A DNA stretch of 64,000 nt. Source: a virus. Its lineage: Duplodnaviria; Caudoviricetes. Positions 17,158-26,698 of this stretch are shown here, piece by piece. A program made the position numbers and the translations under genes. Each line of letters opens with the position of its first letter. The first letter of the stretch is position 1. Location: the IMG/VR virus record IMGVR_UViG_3300025892_000008; one strand, given 5' to 3'. The notes beneath the pieces were generated by a model. The model worked only from the letters and a program-made list of their open reading frames with translations. It did not search any database and had not been told where the DNA came from.

Positions 17158-20106
17158 TTAAAATTTAATAAGATCTTTAATTCTACCTAGTTCTTCTAGT
17201 TCGTCTGCGCCTTGTTCTTGTGCAGGAGCCATTCTCTCTACCATCTTACGTGCAACCTGCTCAGCCTGTTCACCAAACTTCTTGCCTACCATTGTTGCTA
17301 CACCTTCTGGGCCTTTTGGAAAAGTGCCTGTAGTACTATCATAAAAAGATTTAATAAATTCTGCTAAACCTTCTAATGTGTGTTCTTCACCATCTGATGT
17401 TTTAAACTTAGTGCCTTTCTTAGCACCTTGTGCTTTAAGAGACGAAACTTTATCGCCGTATTCGTTTCCTTCAGTTTCTTGTCCTTCTAAATCAACAGGC
17501 TCACCCATTACATCTTCAGCGTCTACATCACGTTTTACTTTTTCAAGTCCGTGCTTTTTAATTTTTTCGATATAGTCTTTGGTAATCATATCAGCATATG
17601 CATCATCAGCATCTTTGCCGCCTGTTATTTCTGCTTCTAGTTGCTTAATGCATTCTTCTTCACTATCACAGTTTGAAATAATTTCCATTCCACCTGTAAG
17701 TGCCATATCCCAAGCATTACCACCTTCTGAAACTGATCCTTCTTGTGGTGCTTGATTGTCCATATAATCTTGCATAACCCACATATGAAATTCTTCCATT
17801 CCTTCTAATTCTTCCATATCTCCGGAGTCAACTTCTGTACCGTCTGTGTAATACACAGGAGCATTTACATTAAACATCTCATCACTAACATCTTGCATGT
17901 CGTAATCTAGTTTGTCCATATCAACTTCTTTGCCTTTAAACATTATTGGATCATTCATTTGTCCATAATATCCACCGGCTTCTTGTGTTTTGCTATAAGA
18001 TTCGCCTGACAGTTTCATAATATCATTTAGTTCATCTGCTTCAGGATCTTTGCCTTTGAAACCTTTGAATGCACTACCGCCACCTTTTAACTCTGGTTGC
18101 GTATCTTTGTAGTCATCATCGGAGTCTTTGTTCATTAATTCTTCTTGATGCTTTTTAAGTTCATCAATAGTGTCAAATGGTCCGCCTGTAATTTTCTTAT
18201 CTTTAATACTAAAGAACATACCGTCCTTTTGAATAGCAGCAAGTCCATACTTGTTCATACCCATTGATGGATCTTTCATAAACTTACTTGTCACACCTTC
18301 TTCTTGTTGTGGTTCAACTTCGGCTGCGCCTGCTGTTGGCTCATCAATCATATCACCAAAATCTAATTCGGATAATACGTCTGGTGCATTTTCTTCAACC
18401 CAAGCCTTAACCATAGGACGAACATCTGCTTCTGGCTCTGCCTTTTTAATATCTTGCTCTAGTTTAGGATCTTCAATAATGCCTTCTAAACTTTGAATAG
18501 CATTAATACCTTCTACGCCTGCTTGGAATTCTGTCTTAAGCATTCCATTTAGTTTTTTAACCATGTCTGACTTTTGTTCTTCGTCTGCCGTTGTTAGTGG
18601 AGATTCTTCGCCTAGTTGATTAACCCAATTTTCAAACTTTGCAAAGCCTTCCATACCACCAGCATAAGCATCTGCGGCTGGACGGCCTTTTGGTCCTTTG
18701 TTACCTTGCTCCTGATCTTGATGTTCTTGAGCACCTAATATTTTAAGACATTTCTTACCTGTCTCATAAACGTCTGCTGGATCTGCATCAATCATATCTC
18801 TCATCGCTGAATAACAACTTAATGTTTTATCGTCGGCTTTAAGATGCATGTTGGCAAAGTGGTCTCCCATTTCATCTGCAATATGATCATTGTCAGTAAA
18901 GTCGTCACTGGCTTTATTCATTAAATGATAGATGTCGCCTTCTAGCTCGTCTTTAAGTTCTTCTGCATTTAGTTGACTATTATTTTCTATGTCTTCTGGA
19001 CCAAATAAATTAAGTTCTTCTGGATCTGTAATTCTATCTGCCTTATCAAATGCATCTTCCATGCCTGTCATTGCGACTATGTCGTCATAGCCTACAGTTT
19101 CTTCTTCCTTCATTAATTTATAAATGATAGGAAATGCGTTAGCAATATCTTCTTTAAAGTTTTTAACTGTAAATTTTTCTGTGTATTCTTTCATTACATC
19201 ATCTGGTATTTCCATTGCCTCTGGCTCTTGGAATTCTGCTACATAGTTTTCGTAATGTGCCTGTTTAGATAATTTTGCAATTCTTTCTCTTAACCCGTTG
19301 AGCTGTGCTTTGCTGCGTTCAACAATTGAATTAGTGTCGGAGTTCATTAAATCGTTACGTACACAGTAATTTGTAAAACTTTTTAGTTGAGCAATTTCTT
19401 CGCTTGTTTTAATAATGCTTTCGCCGATAGCATCATATGGTAACCCGCCGTTAGCCACATGTCGCTGCATAGCTCTTGCACCTGCTAAGTGAACAAAAGG
19501 ATATTTAAATCTTTCACCGTCTTGGTTCTCAACAAATAGTGCAGAAATATTTCTACTTCTATCACCTGGTTTTTGTTCAAAGTCATCAGCAAGTTTCTTG
19601 CTGTGCTTAATAATTAATCTCGTGTCTTCCAACTTTTGGAAACTTTGTGTTTTCGTTCCATAAAGATTACTCTCATTCATTACTGCTTCTCCGACGGGTT
19701 TAGTTATTGTATCGTTATCCGATTGTGGCGTTGAGTGTTGACTAAGGAAAGCATAATCACGTTTGTCTAAATTATCCTTTGCAATGTCTCTAGTATCAAA
19801 TGCCAATAGTCTGCGTTTTGCAAACATTCTAAGTTCTTTTAGGAAAGCGTACCAATTACCTTTTTGATCTTGGTCCATACCTTCGGTAATACCACTCGAA
19901 AAGTATACCTTCATTGAATTAGGTTCTGCTAAACTAATGCTTACATGCCCTATGTTTTTATCGTTTTCCATGTAGTCAAAATCAAAGAAACGAGCATTTT
20001 CAGGGTTAATTGTAATTTGCCCTGTTGATTCGCCTAGTTTTAAACCTGTAAATCTACTTCTAATTTTATAGAACAGATCGGTTGAAATGTTGTTGGTTGC
20101 ATCCAT
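17158..20106 (-). CDS. Large acidic modular protein (982 aa), probable virion/head-associated protein
   Basis: Co-transcribed after the terminase; start moved to MDATNN (TAAATA-5nt-ATG; the track start is a TTG); strongly D/E-rich. Confidence 0.7.
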   Translation of the reverse strand: MDATNNISTDLFYKIRSRFTGLKLGESTGQITINPENARFFDFDYMENDKNIGHVSISLAEPNSMKVYFSSGITEGMDQDQKGNWYAFLKELRMFAKRRLLAFDTRDIAKDNLDKRDYAFLSQHSTPQSDNDTITKPVGEAVMNESNLYGTKTQSFQKLEDTRLIIKHSKKLADDFEQKPGDRSRNISALFVENQDGERFKYPFVHLAGARAMQRHVANGGLPYDAIGESIIKTSEEIAQLKSFTNYCVRNDLMNSDTNSIVERSKAQLNGLRERIAKLSKQAHYENYVAEFQEPEAMEIPDDVMKEYTEKFTVKNFKEDIANAFPIIYKLMKEEETVGYDDIVAMTGMEDAFDKADRITDPEELNLFGPEDIENNSQLNAEELKDELEGDIYHLMNKASDDFTDNDHIADEMGDHFANMHLKADDKTLSCYSAMRDMIDADPADVYETGKKCLKILGAQEHQDQEQGNKGPKGRPAADAYAGGMEGFAKFENWVNQLGEESPLTTADEEQKSDMVKKLNGMLKTEFQAGVEGINAIQSLEGIIEDPKLEQDIKKAEPEADVRPMVKAWVEENAPDVLSELDFGDMIDEPTAGAAEVEPQQEEGVTSKFMKDPSMGMNKYGLAAIQKDGMFFSIKDKKITGGPFDTIDELKKHQEELMNKDSDDDYKDTQPELKGGGSAFKGFKGKDPEADELNDIMKLSGESYSKTQEAGGYYGQMNDPIMFKGKEVDMDKLDYDMQDVSDEMFNVNAPVYYTDGTEVDSGDMEELEGMEEFHMWVMQDYMDNQAPQEGSVSEGGNAWDMALTGGMEIISNCDSEEECIKQLEAEITGGKDADDAYADMITKDYIEKIKKHGLEKVKRDVDAEDVMGEPVDLEGQETEGNEYGDKVSSLKAQGAKKGTKFKTSDGEEHTLEGLAEFIKSFYDSTTGTFPKGPEGVATMVGKKFGEQAEQVARKMVERMAPAQEQGADELEELGRIKDLIKF

Positions 20107-20117
20107 ATTATTATTTA

Positions 20118-21707
20118 TCAAAAACCGCCGCTTATGAATATAGGCATTGGGTACTGGTCTTCGGTCATTCTCTCCGTCATTTTTTCATATATTTTAGGAT
20201 CCCAATCAGCCAATTGACTTGCCATGCGTATGATTAGTAAGCAAGCACTGACTAAATCGTCATGTTCGCCTGTTTTAGCACCGTATCCTACACCGTGTGC
20301 TACAAATGTCTTTAACTCTGATATTAACGGTTTACTATTAATCTTCAACTTGTTTCTTTCTAGTGCATTTTTAAAAGTGCTACAGGCAGTAATCTTTGTT
20401 TTGTGTGTGGTGTTAAATCCTTTTCTAAATTTTCTTACATGTCCTTTTCTCATAGGTTCACTTAGGAATAGCCCGTGGAAGTTTTCTTCACCTATATCTT
20501 TAATAACAACTAATGCTGCTTCGCCTATGGTGTTATTCTCACAACTGTAATATATTGTAGGATTTGCATTGCCGCCGGCAGTTTGTTCATCATAAATGTA
20601 TTTTAAGATGCTCTTTAAATGTCTTATCTGTTGCTGTATAGGTGTAAGATTGTGTCTCCATTCTCCAACCTGTTCCATTGCAGGCATTTCAAATATCTGT
20701 ATGGCTGAGTAGTCGCCACCAGTTCCTAGTGATGGATCAAGTGATAACAAATAAGTTGCTTTAGGATTAATTTTTTTATACCAACGTGTTTGCCCCATAT
20801 TTTGAATTGGTTCTTTGCCTTCAAGTTCAGCAAGTTTCACACTATTAATTAATGTTTCATCAAAGATTAAAAATTCGCAATCAAACTCACGACGGAATCG
20901 TTCGTCTCCAATTTTGGAACGTTCTTCTGCTGCCCATGCATCATCTCTATCTGGATGCTCTGTCCATGGAGCAAAATAAGGATAGAAGCCGTTGGTTCCT
21001 ACAACGTTGTCATTACCAAATTCGTCAAACTTTTTATTTGCTTCTGTCCAAATCATAGCAAACTGATCTTCATCTGAGTTTGGTGTGCTTGTAACAATCG
21101 CTTTACCACCTGTTGACAGTGTAGGAGAAAGTGCAGTCCAAAACTCTTTGGCTTTTTCTGGTGGTTGCACAAACGCAAACTCATCACAGTATATTAATGA
21201 AAGTGATTTACCACGTCCAGTATCTTCTGTTGTGGTTGTTGCTTGTATTCTACTGCCGTTATCAAATTCAATTGTGTTTCTGTTGTATGTATAGATACCA
21301 GCACGAACAAAGTCAGGCAATGTTTCATACCCGTATCTAAATCTGTTCATGATGTCCTGCGCACCTGTATATTTGTGTGCAGCAATTAGCACCTGCGATT
21401 CAGGAGTAAACATTGTATACCATAATAAATATCCAGCAGCACAGGTTGTCTTGCCCATCTGTCTTGGTAGCATAGCAACACAGTATCTGTTTTCTGCATA
21501 TGCTTGAATTAGTTCTCGTTGAAATCCATAAGGTACAAACTTCATTGAACCTTTTACAGGGTGTTGAATGGTTAGAAAGTTTTCACAAAAGTATAATGGA
21601 CCCGTGATAGGATCCATACAAGCCTCTAAGTGCTTGACTTCCTCTAGTGTATATTTTTGCTTTTCATGGGCTTTCTTAATCTGAACGCCATCTAAACTCT
21701 TTGCCAT
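20118..21707 (-). CDS. terL: Terminase large subunit (T4 gp17-like)
   Basis: PRQMGKTT Walker A, IYCDEFAF Walker B, TSTPN motif III, LDPSLGTGGDYS and HDDLV nuclease motifs. Confidence 0.95.
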   Translation of the reverse strand: MAKSLDGVQIKKAHEKQKYTLEEVKHLEACMDPITGPLYFCENFLTIQHPVKGSMKFVPYGFQRELIQAYAENRYCVAMLPRQMGKTTCAAGYLLWYTMFTPESQVLIAAHKYTGAQDIMNRFRYGYETLPDFVRAGIYTYNRNTIEFDNGSRIQATTTTEDTGRGKSLSLIYCDEFAFVQPPEKAKEFWTALSPTLSTGGKAIVTSTPNSDEDQFAMIWTEANKKFDEFGNDNVVGTNGFYPYFAPWTEHPDRDDAWAAEERSKIGDERFRREFDCEFLIFDETLINSVKLAELEGKEPIQNMGQTRWYKKINPKATYLLSLDPSLGTGGDYSAIQIFEMPAMEQVGEWRHNLTPIQQQIRHLKSILKYIYDEQTAGGNANPTIYYSCENNTIGEAALVVIKDIGEENFHGLFLSEPMRKGHVRKFRKGFNTTHKTKITACSTFKNALERNKLKINSKPLISELKTFVAHGVGYGAKTGEHDDLVSACLLIIRMASQLADWDPKIYEKMTERMTEDQYPMPIFISGGF

Positions 21708-21712
21708 ACTAG

Positions 21713-21720
21713 TATTTATA
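21713..21720 (-). promoter_or_regulatory. T4-type late promoter TATAAATA, 5 nt before the terL ATG
   Basis: Exact T4 late consensus; the same core recurs before many structural genes. Confidence 0.75.
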
Positions 21721-21725
21721 GAAGG

Positions 21726-21749
21726 AAATAGGCTCCGAAGAGCCTATTT
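21726..21749 (-). terminator. Terminator-like hairpin with cUUCGg loop
   Basis: AAATAGGCTC-TTCG-GAGCCTATTT, immediately upstream of the terL late promoter. Confidence 0.7.
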
Positions 21750-21771
21750 GGATAGTATAAAACGTACTAAC

Positions 21772-22206
21772 TTATGCTAGTTCTAGTGTAGTTTTTACTG
21801 TGCAAGTTACGCCAGTAAAATCAATTTGTGCTGGTGTAGCACCTGATAAATCAGTTAGTGCAATAATCTCATCTTCGATTTGCTCAACAAGTGTTTCAGC
21901 ACCTGCACCATCATAATCTAATGAATCATTTGGTTGCTCAACTACAAGTGCAAACTTTTGGTTTGTACCATATAGTGCGCCACGAATAACAACAGTACAA
22001 TATTTTTCGACAATACGCATAATGCTTTCAATTGCTAAACCGCTTCCTGTTTGAGCATTTACTGCTGCGCCACATGCAACTTCAAAAACTGTTAAAGTTT
22101 TGTTACCGTTGTAATGTATTGCTGTCATATCAGCGTATGGTTTTCTGTTTGCAGCCACTAATACTGCACTACCGCCGCCGATTGTTGCTTGTGTTAAATC
22201 TGCCAT
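21772..22206 (-). CDS. Hypothetical protein, probable structural protein (144 aa)
   Basis: AAGGAG SD; Ala/Gly/Thr-rich; within the head module. Confidence 0.7.
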   Translation of the reverse strand: MADLTQATIGGGSAVLVAANRKPYADMTAIHYNGNKTLTVFEVACGAAVNAQTGSGLAIESIMRIVEKYCTVVIRGALYGTNQKFALVVEQPNDSLDYDGAGAETLVEQIEDEIIALTDLSGATPAQIDFTGVTCTVKTTLELA

Positions 22207-22208
22207 CT

Positions 22209-22961
22209 TTATGCTCCTTTATGTTCTTCTAATGCTTTTAGCAATTGGTCTTTGATAGAAGCACGTAAGTCTGATTCCCCAACTTTCTGCATAGGATTAT
22301 CTCCGCCTGCAACTTTTGGATGTGTTCCTTTACGTCTATGCATACCACCTGCTGTTTTTTGAGTAATGTAATCAATATCTTTATACTCTTCGTCAGGCTC
22401 ATTTGCGTATGCTTCTTCTTTATCTTTATCATCTTCCTTATCATCTTTTTCCATATCATGATCGTCCATATCATGATCGCTGTCACCGTCTTTATCAAGT
22501 GACTTAATCATAACGTGATCTTTGTCATGGTCTTTTGGAAGATCCATTGAATCTTTTTCTCCGCCTGGCATATCGTCATTGTCGTCATCAAAGTCCGGAA
22601 TTAATTTATTAATTGGCTTTGGCATTGGCGGCATATCTGGACCTTCTGGTCCGTCCATTGGTCCGTCCATTCCTGGTGACATAATAGACAATGTAGGCAT
22701 TTCAGGTTTTTCTGGTTGGTTGATCATATCAGGATTAACTTTAGTCATTAATCTTAAAATATCATCAATTGCATCGCCTTGTGCATTTATATTAATACTC
22801 ATTGACGCTTTGTCTTTCTGCTCTGCGGGTGGCATATTAGGTGCCATCATTGGCGGCATTTCGTTCATTCCGCATTCATCTGTGCTTTGATCTAAAGGTG
22901 CTGCTTCAGTTTTTGCTGTATCAATTTCCTGCATCTTTGATAGTAGTTCATGAAAGTTCAT
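22209..22961 (-). CDS. Acidic low-complexity (Met/Pro/Asp-rich) protein, possible prohead core/internal protein
   Basis: GGGAG SD; MNFHELL start; PMDGPMDGP and DKDGDSDHDMDD tracts. Confidence 0.65.
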   Translation of the reverse strand: MNFHELLSKMQEIDTAKTEAAPLDQSTDECGMNEMPPMMAPNMPPAEQKDKASMSININAQGDAIDDILRLMTKVNPDMINQPEKPEMPTLSIMSPGMDGPMDGPEGPDMPPMPKPINKLIPDFDDDNDDMPGGEKDSMDLPKDHDKDHVMIKSLDKDGDSDHDMDDHDMEKDDKEDDKDKEEAYANEPDEEYKDIDYITQKTAGGMHRRKGTHPKVAGGDNPMQKVGESDLRASIKDQLLKALEEHKGA

Positions 22962-22962
22962 G

Positions 22963-23553
22963 TTAATTACTCCCTACAGGACTCTTGACCCCTGCTTTGT
23001 CTTGTTTTAATTTTGGTGTGTCTTGATAAACATCTGCTTTTAGTTTATCATGCCCTAGTTCTTTTTTTCTTGCTTTTGCTTCTTTAGAAAGTTCTTTTAA
23101 GAAACCTTTATTGAAGTCATCTCCAAAGTAATCCTTTTGCTTTACGTTCATGCCATCTTTATATTCGTTGTCATGTAGTAATGCACCTTCGTAATCTGCT
23201 TTGCTTCCCATAGTAATTTGATCAATTTCTGTTGGGCTTGCACTATTTCTAACTTTGTAATAACCTGCTTCACAACATTCCATTTCAAAAATTTCTTTTT
23301 CAATTTCTGAAGTAGTAATTGGATACTCAGTCATTACATCAAATGTGTGTACCTCCATGTTTTTCAACGTTGGAAAATCATGTGGTACTTCTGTAACCGG
23401 AGTAGTTTTCATTTGTTCAAATTGCATAATACCGCGATTATCAAGTCTTGCTTTTAAATCGTCTGCAAAACTTTCTGGTAAATCACCTGCAACTTTTACC
23501 TTAAAACTATAGGTTTTTTTGGCTTCTGATAGATATTGTGTGTACGTCTTCAT
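22963..23553 (-). CDS. Hypothetical protein with T4 internal-protein-like N-terminus
   Basis: Begins MKTYTQYLSE; TAAATA-5nt-ATG. Confidence 0.7.
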   Translation of the reverse strand: MKTYTQYLSEAKKTYSFKVKVAGDLPESFADDLKARLDNRGIMQFEQMKTTPVTEVPHDFPTLKNMEVHTFDVMTEYPITTSEIEKEIFEMECCEAGYYKVRNSASPTEIDQITMGSKADYEGALLHDNEYKDGMNVKQKDYFGDDFNKGFLKELSKEAKARKKELGHDKLKADVYQDTPKLKQDKAGVKSPVGSN

Positions 23554-23561
23554 GTAAGTAT

Positions 23562-24050
23562 TTATTCCTTTTCGCTTAATTTCTTAATTAATTCATTGCG
23601 ATCAAGCATTACATAGCCCTTTCCATCGAGAACATCATTAGAATCTTCGGGTGAATCTTGGTCCAATTTAAATTTTTTCAACTGTAAATCTACTGCTTTT
23701 AGTTTTTTATCTACTTTTGCAGTTTTAGCATCTATAGCATTTTTAAGCATACTACTAGCAACTTCAAATATTCGTCCACTATAACGTACTTCTACGTTCA
23801 TGCCTAAATCCATTAGATCATCATATGCTTTTTCTGCTTTATCTGCAAGACTATCTAAATCTTTTTCTTCTAAAGCATCTAGTTCGTTTATCTTAGGCAA
23901 ATCGCCTGTTATTTTAGTTACTTCTTTGTAACTTTCTTCAATGCTTTTAATTTGTTGAGGTGTTACTTCAACAGGAACTGACTCTTCTGCTTGCTTTTGG
24001 GCAGTTTTTTTATCTTCCATATTAAACAGTTCTTCTAATTTCTTTGTCAT
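23562..24050 (-). CDS. Probable terminase small subunit (T4 gp16-like)
   Basis: Helical; GRIFEVASSMLKNAIDA resembles the gp16 central segment; size and head-module context fit. Confidence 0.5.
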   Translation of the reverse strand: MTKKLEELFNMEDKKTAQKQAEESVPVEVTPQQIKSIEESYKEVTKITGDLPKINELDALEEKDLDSLADKAEKAYDDLMDLGMNVEVRYSGRIFEVASSMLKNAIDAKTAKVDKKLKAVDLQLKKFKLDQDSPEDSNDVLDGKGYVMLDRNELIKKLSEKE

Positions 24051-24058
24051 ACTATTAC

Positions 24059-24499
24059 TTATCGTCTCTTGTTGCCAGTGTGAAAAATATCTTCTTCATT
24101 TACAATACGGAATCTAACACGTTTTTGTTTACACCATGCTCCTGCTGCTTCCCATTTTGCCATATTTTTAATATACTGTTCTTGATTGAATCTGCTTTTT
24201 CCAACATGTTCTCTCATAGTTTGGTTTTTAGGTTTTACTTCTATAACTTCCGCTCTCTTCTTTCCACCTTTTTGCAAATATACAACAAAAAAGTCTGGAA
24301 CATATATTGAATACTTTCCTGTTAATGGATCTCTATATGGTATCTTGATACTTTCACTTGCCCATGTTTCTACACCTGGATGTTCATCCAGCATTCTCAT
24401 AAAAACAAACTCCCAACTACTTCTAGCAAGGGGTTTTTTTGTACCTACATATTTTGCAGGATTCTTCATTTCGAATCTTCCTTGTGCAAACTTAGGCAT
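24059..24499 (-). CDS. Head completion nuclease (T4 gp4-like, TnsA-type PD-(D/E)xK)
   Basis: RSSWE, WASE..IPY, Y.PDF, EVKP, KWEAA..WC, F.IVNE. Confidence 0.88.
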   Translation of the reverse strand: MPKFAQGRFEMKNPAKYVGTKKPLARSSWEFVFMRMLDEHPGVETWASESIKIPYRDPLTGKYSIYVPDFFVVYLQKGGKKRAEVIEVKPKNQTMREHVGKSRFNQEQYIKNMAKWEAAGAWCKQKRVRFRIVNEEDIFHTGNKRR

Positions 24500-24867
24500 T
24501 ATGGTACCACGTTACGTTGTTTTGATATATCTTGAGATGGGTTTCTATAGCCTAGCGTAGATGTAGGCGGTCGGTTGTTGTTAAGTATTTCAGATACTAA
24601 ACCACTTATTTCTAATCCTTCTAATTTTTTCAAATCATCTAGTATAGAAAAAATTGGTGTATTTTCAAGTTTTGCTTGTTTTAGAACACTCATTGAAATA
24701 CTTGATGCTGCTTCTTTTGAAAATCCTCTGCTTTCAAAAAAACCTATAGTCGCATCAACTTCAGTTGCGTTAAATTCTAACGGTGCAGTACCGTATGTGT
24801 CAAAAAACAATTTTGTTTTTGCAGCACTGTCAGTAAGTTTTTTTGCTGGTAAATTTGTTGTAGCCAT
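24499..24867 (-). CDS. Hypothetical protein (122 aa)
   Basis: Start moved to MATTNL, 1 nt after the upstream stop. Confidence 0.65.
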   Translation of the reverse strand: MATTNLPAKKLTDSAAKTKLFFDTYGTAPLEFNATEVDATIGFFESRGFSKEAASSISMSVLKQAKLENTPIFSILDDLKKLEGLEISGLVSEILNNNRPPTSTLGYRNPSQDISKQRNVVP

Positions 24868-24868
24868 A

Positions 24869-25981
24869 TTATTGTCCGATGTCCTGTCTTCCTGTGCCGG
24901 ATCCACCTAATTTTTTCGGTGTGCCTTTAGTAGTTGAGTTGCTAGGATCATTTTTATTAAACACTGAGCCTGCAATTCCGCTTATTGTATTTGCAACTGC
25001 TTGTGTACCAACTGGGCTAGTAAGTATATTTGTTGCTTCTGATAATAATCCTGCTTTGCTTAATCCTTTAGCACCCTTATAAGTATTTACTGCTTTAATT
25101 GCAGTGCTTAAAAAATTTCCTCCAGAACTAAATGCTGTACCATCTCCAACTGCACCAAACACAGATTCTAATCCATCTAGTACTCCACCTGCTCCTAATA
25201 AATTTCCTGTGCCGCCGCCTCCGACAGTTAAAGGTCCAGGTGTATTATCATAATGTAATGTAGCAAACCCTTTAGGTTCGCCTTCGCTAACTGTTCCTGC
25301 AGAGTAAACAACTGCTTCATACTGTAAAGTCATTGTGCTTTCAGCAGGCTCAGATGTTGCTGCATAATCTCTATTGCCGTGTTGCCAAGTTTTAATTTTA
25401 GGATTGACAAGTGTATATCCTATAAATCTTCGTCTGCCCATTGTATACAAAGTTACACTTTTAAATAGTGGACTACTAACATCGTTATCTAATCCATATC
25501 TAAACTTATCAAATTCTGTACCTGTTGCTCTATAAGGATCTGTTTTATCACTATACGCTGAACTAGGTAAGTTTCTATCTTTAACATAATAACCATAGTA
25601 AATTGCCCATAATGCATTTATAACACCTTGGTTATCATCGTGGAATGTAAAACTTACATCTTCATAATTAATATTTTTGTAAACAATTCTTTTTCGATTA
25701 TACTGATTAAAAGTTTCTGTGTCAAAATTAAACTTTGGTAAGTCAGCAGTCTTTACTAGTAATCCTGTTTCGTCAGCATGCTTTGCTGTAAAATTAGCAG
25801 CCTTGTGTGCAGATGGATCTAATTCAATTTTTAAATAATAATTAAATTTCGTCTTTGGTGCAAGACGCATATTATCATCAATAAACAATCTAGTAGCATG
25901 TGTATAGTTCGCTACTCTACCTTTAGGATTTGTAATACCTGTGAATACGTCTGTCAGAAATCTAGTAAACTTATTTGCCAT
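24869..25981 (-). CDS. Tail-tube-fold baseplate hub/tube initiator protein (gp48/gp54-like)
   Basis: VKTADLPKF.FDTE..NQYNRKR......YEDVSFTFHDD tube-fold pattern; adjacent to the tube gene. Confidence 0.65.
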   Translation of the reverse strand: MANKFTRFLTDVFTGITNPKGRVANYTHATRLFIDDNMRLAPKTKFNYYLKIELDPSAHKAANFTAKHADETGLLVKTADLPKFNFDTETFNQYNRKRIVYKNINYEDVSFTFHDDNQGVINALWAIYYGYYVKDRNLPSSAYSDKTDPYRATGTEFDKFRYGLDNDVSSPLFKSVTLYTMGRRRFIGYTLVNPKIKTWQHGNRDYAATSEPAESTMTLQYEAVVYSAGTVSEGEPKGFATLHYDNTPGPLTVGGGGTGNLLGAGGVLDGLESVFGAVGDGTAFSSGGNFLSTAIKAVNTYKGAKGLSKAGLLSEATNILTSPVGTQAVANTISGIAGSVFNKNDPSNSTTKGTPKKLGGSGTGRQDIGQ

Positions 25982-25997
25982 ACTAGTATTTAGCCAT

Positions 25998-26029
25998 AAA
26001 AAAAGCCCGGGGTTTTAAGCCCGAGCTTT
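25998..26029 (-). terminator. Rho-independent terminator after the tail tube gene
   Basis: AAAGCTCGGG-8nt-CCCGGGCTTT followed by a T run. Confidence 0.8.
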
Positions 26030-26053
26030 CTAATATCAATACTAAAATTAGTA

Positions 26054-26695
26054 TTAGCCTTGTGCTGTACCAGAACCAGTAGTAGATGCGCCAAGCGTTC
26101 TTTCCACTGCTGCACCAATTCCAACGCCAACGCCTTGTTCGCCTGCACCCCATTGTACCATGTTGTCAAAACGTATAGTTAATGCTACACGCATGTCTTC
26201 GTTAGTACCGTAGTTTGCATCGCCATAATCAGCGGACGTTAAGAAACAACCATACATATTTGCTGTTTCTAACACGTTAACTCCGGAAGCATTGTTTCCA
26301 TTGCCACCGTCTAATACTTCAATCTTAGTAGTAAATTTGTAATCAATACCTGATCTAGCAGATGCTTGTTCAACAAAATCGAACTGCTTCTGAACCTGTT
26401 GACCAACAAGTTTTTGAACTTCGCCACTAGCGTCATCACGCAAATTAAGCGTGATAGTCTCAAATGTATACTTACCTGCTAAGAATACTTTTGAGTTGTA
26501 AACGTCTAGCGTCATTTCTTCAAAACCAACTTTTGGTCTTGTAACGTCAACTACTTGTTTTGTTAATTCAGTTGCAGAACTTACTCCAAATCCTAAAAGT
26601 GTCACCCTAAAGCGATACTTTAGTTTAGGCATCAAGAGCACTTGGTTGCCTGCGTCTGTTGGTACTGAAAAGTTATTTAATGATGTAATAGGCAT
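26054..26695 (-). CDS. Tail tube protein (gp19-like)
   Basis: PKLKYRFRV, DVTRPKV.FEE, YLAGK..FETITL.LRDD, IRFDN; directly downstream of the sheath. Confidence 0.85.
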   Translation of the reverse strand: MPITSLNNFSVPTDAGNQVLLMPKLKYRFRVTLLGFGVSSATELTKQVVDVTRPKVGFEEMTLDVYNSKVFLAGKYTFETITLNLRDDASGEVQKLVGQQVQKQFDFVEQASARSGIDYKFTTKIEVLDGGNGNNASGVNVLETANMYGCFLTSADYGDANYGTNEDMRVALTIRFDNMVQWGAGEQGVGVGIGAAVERTLGASTTGSGTAQG

Positions 26696-26698
26696 GTC

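Noticed and set aside
1409-21707. Inteins or introns in uvsW, uvsX and terL
   Set aside because: Lengths and motif spacing are normal, with no Cys...His-Asn splice junction or LAGLIDADG insert.
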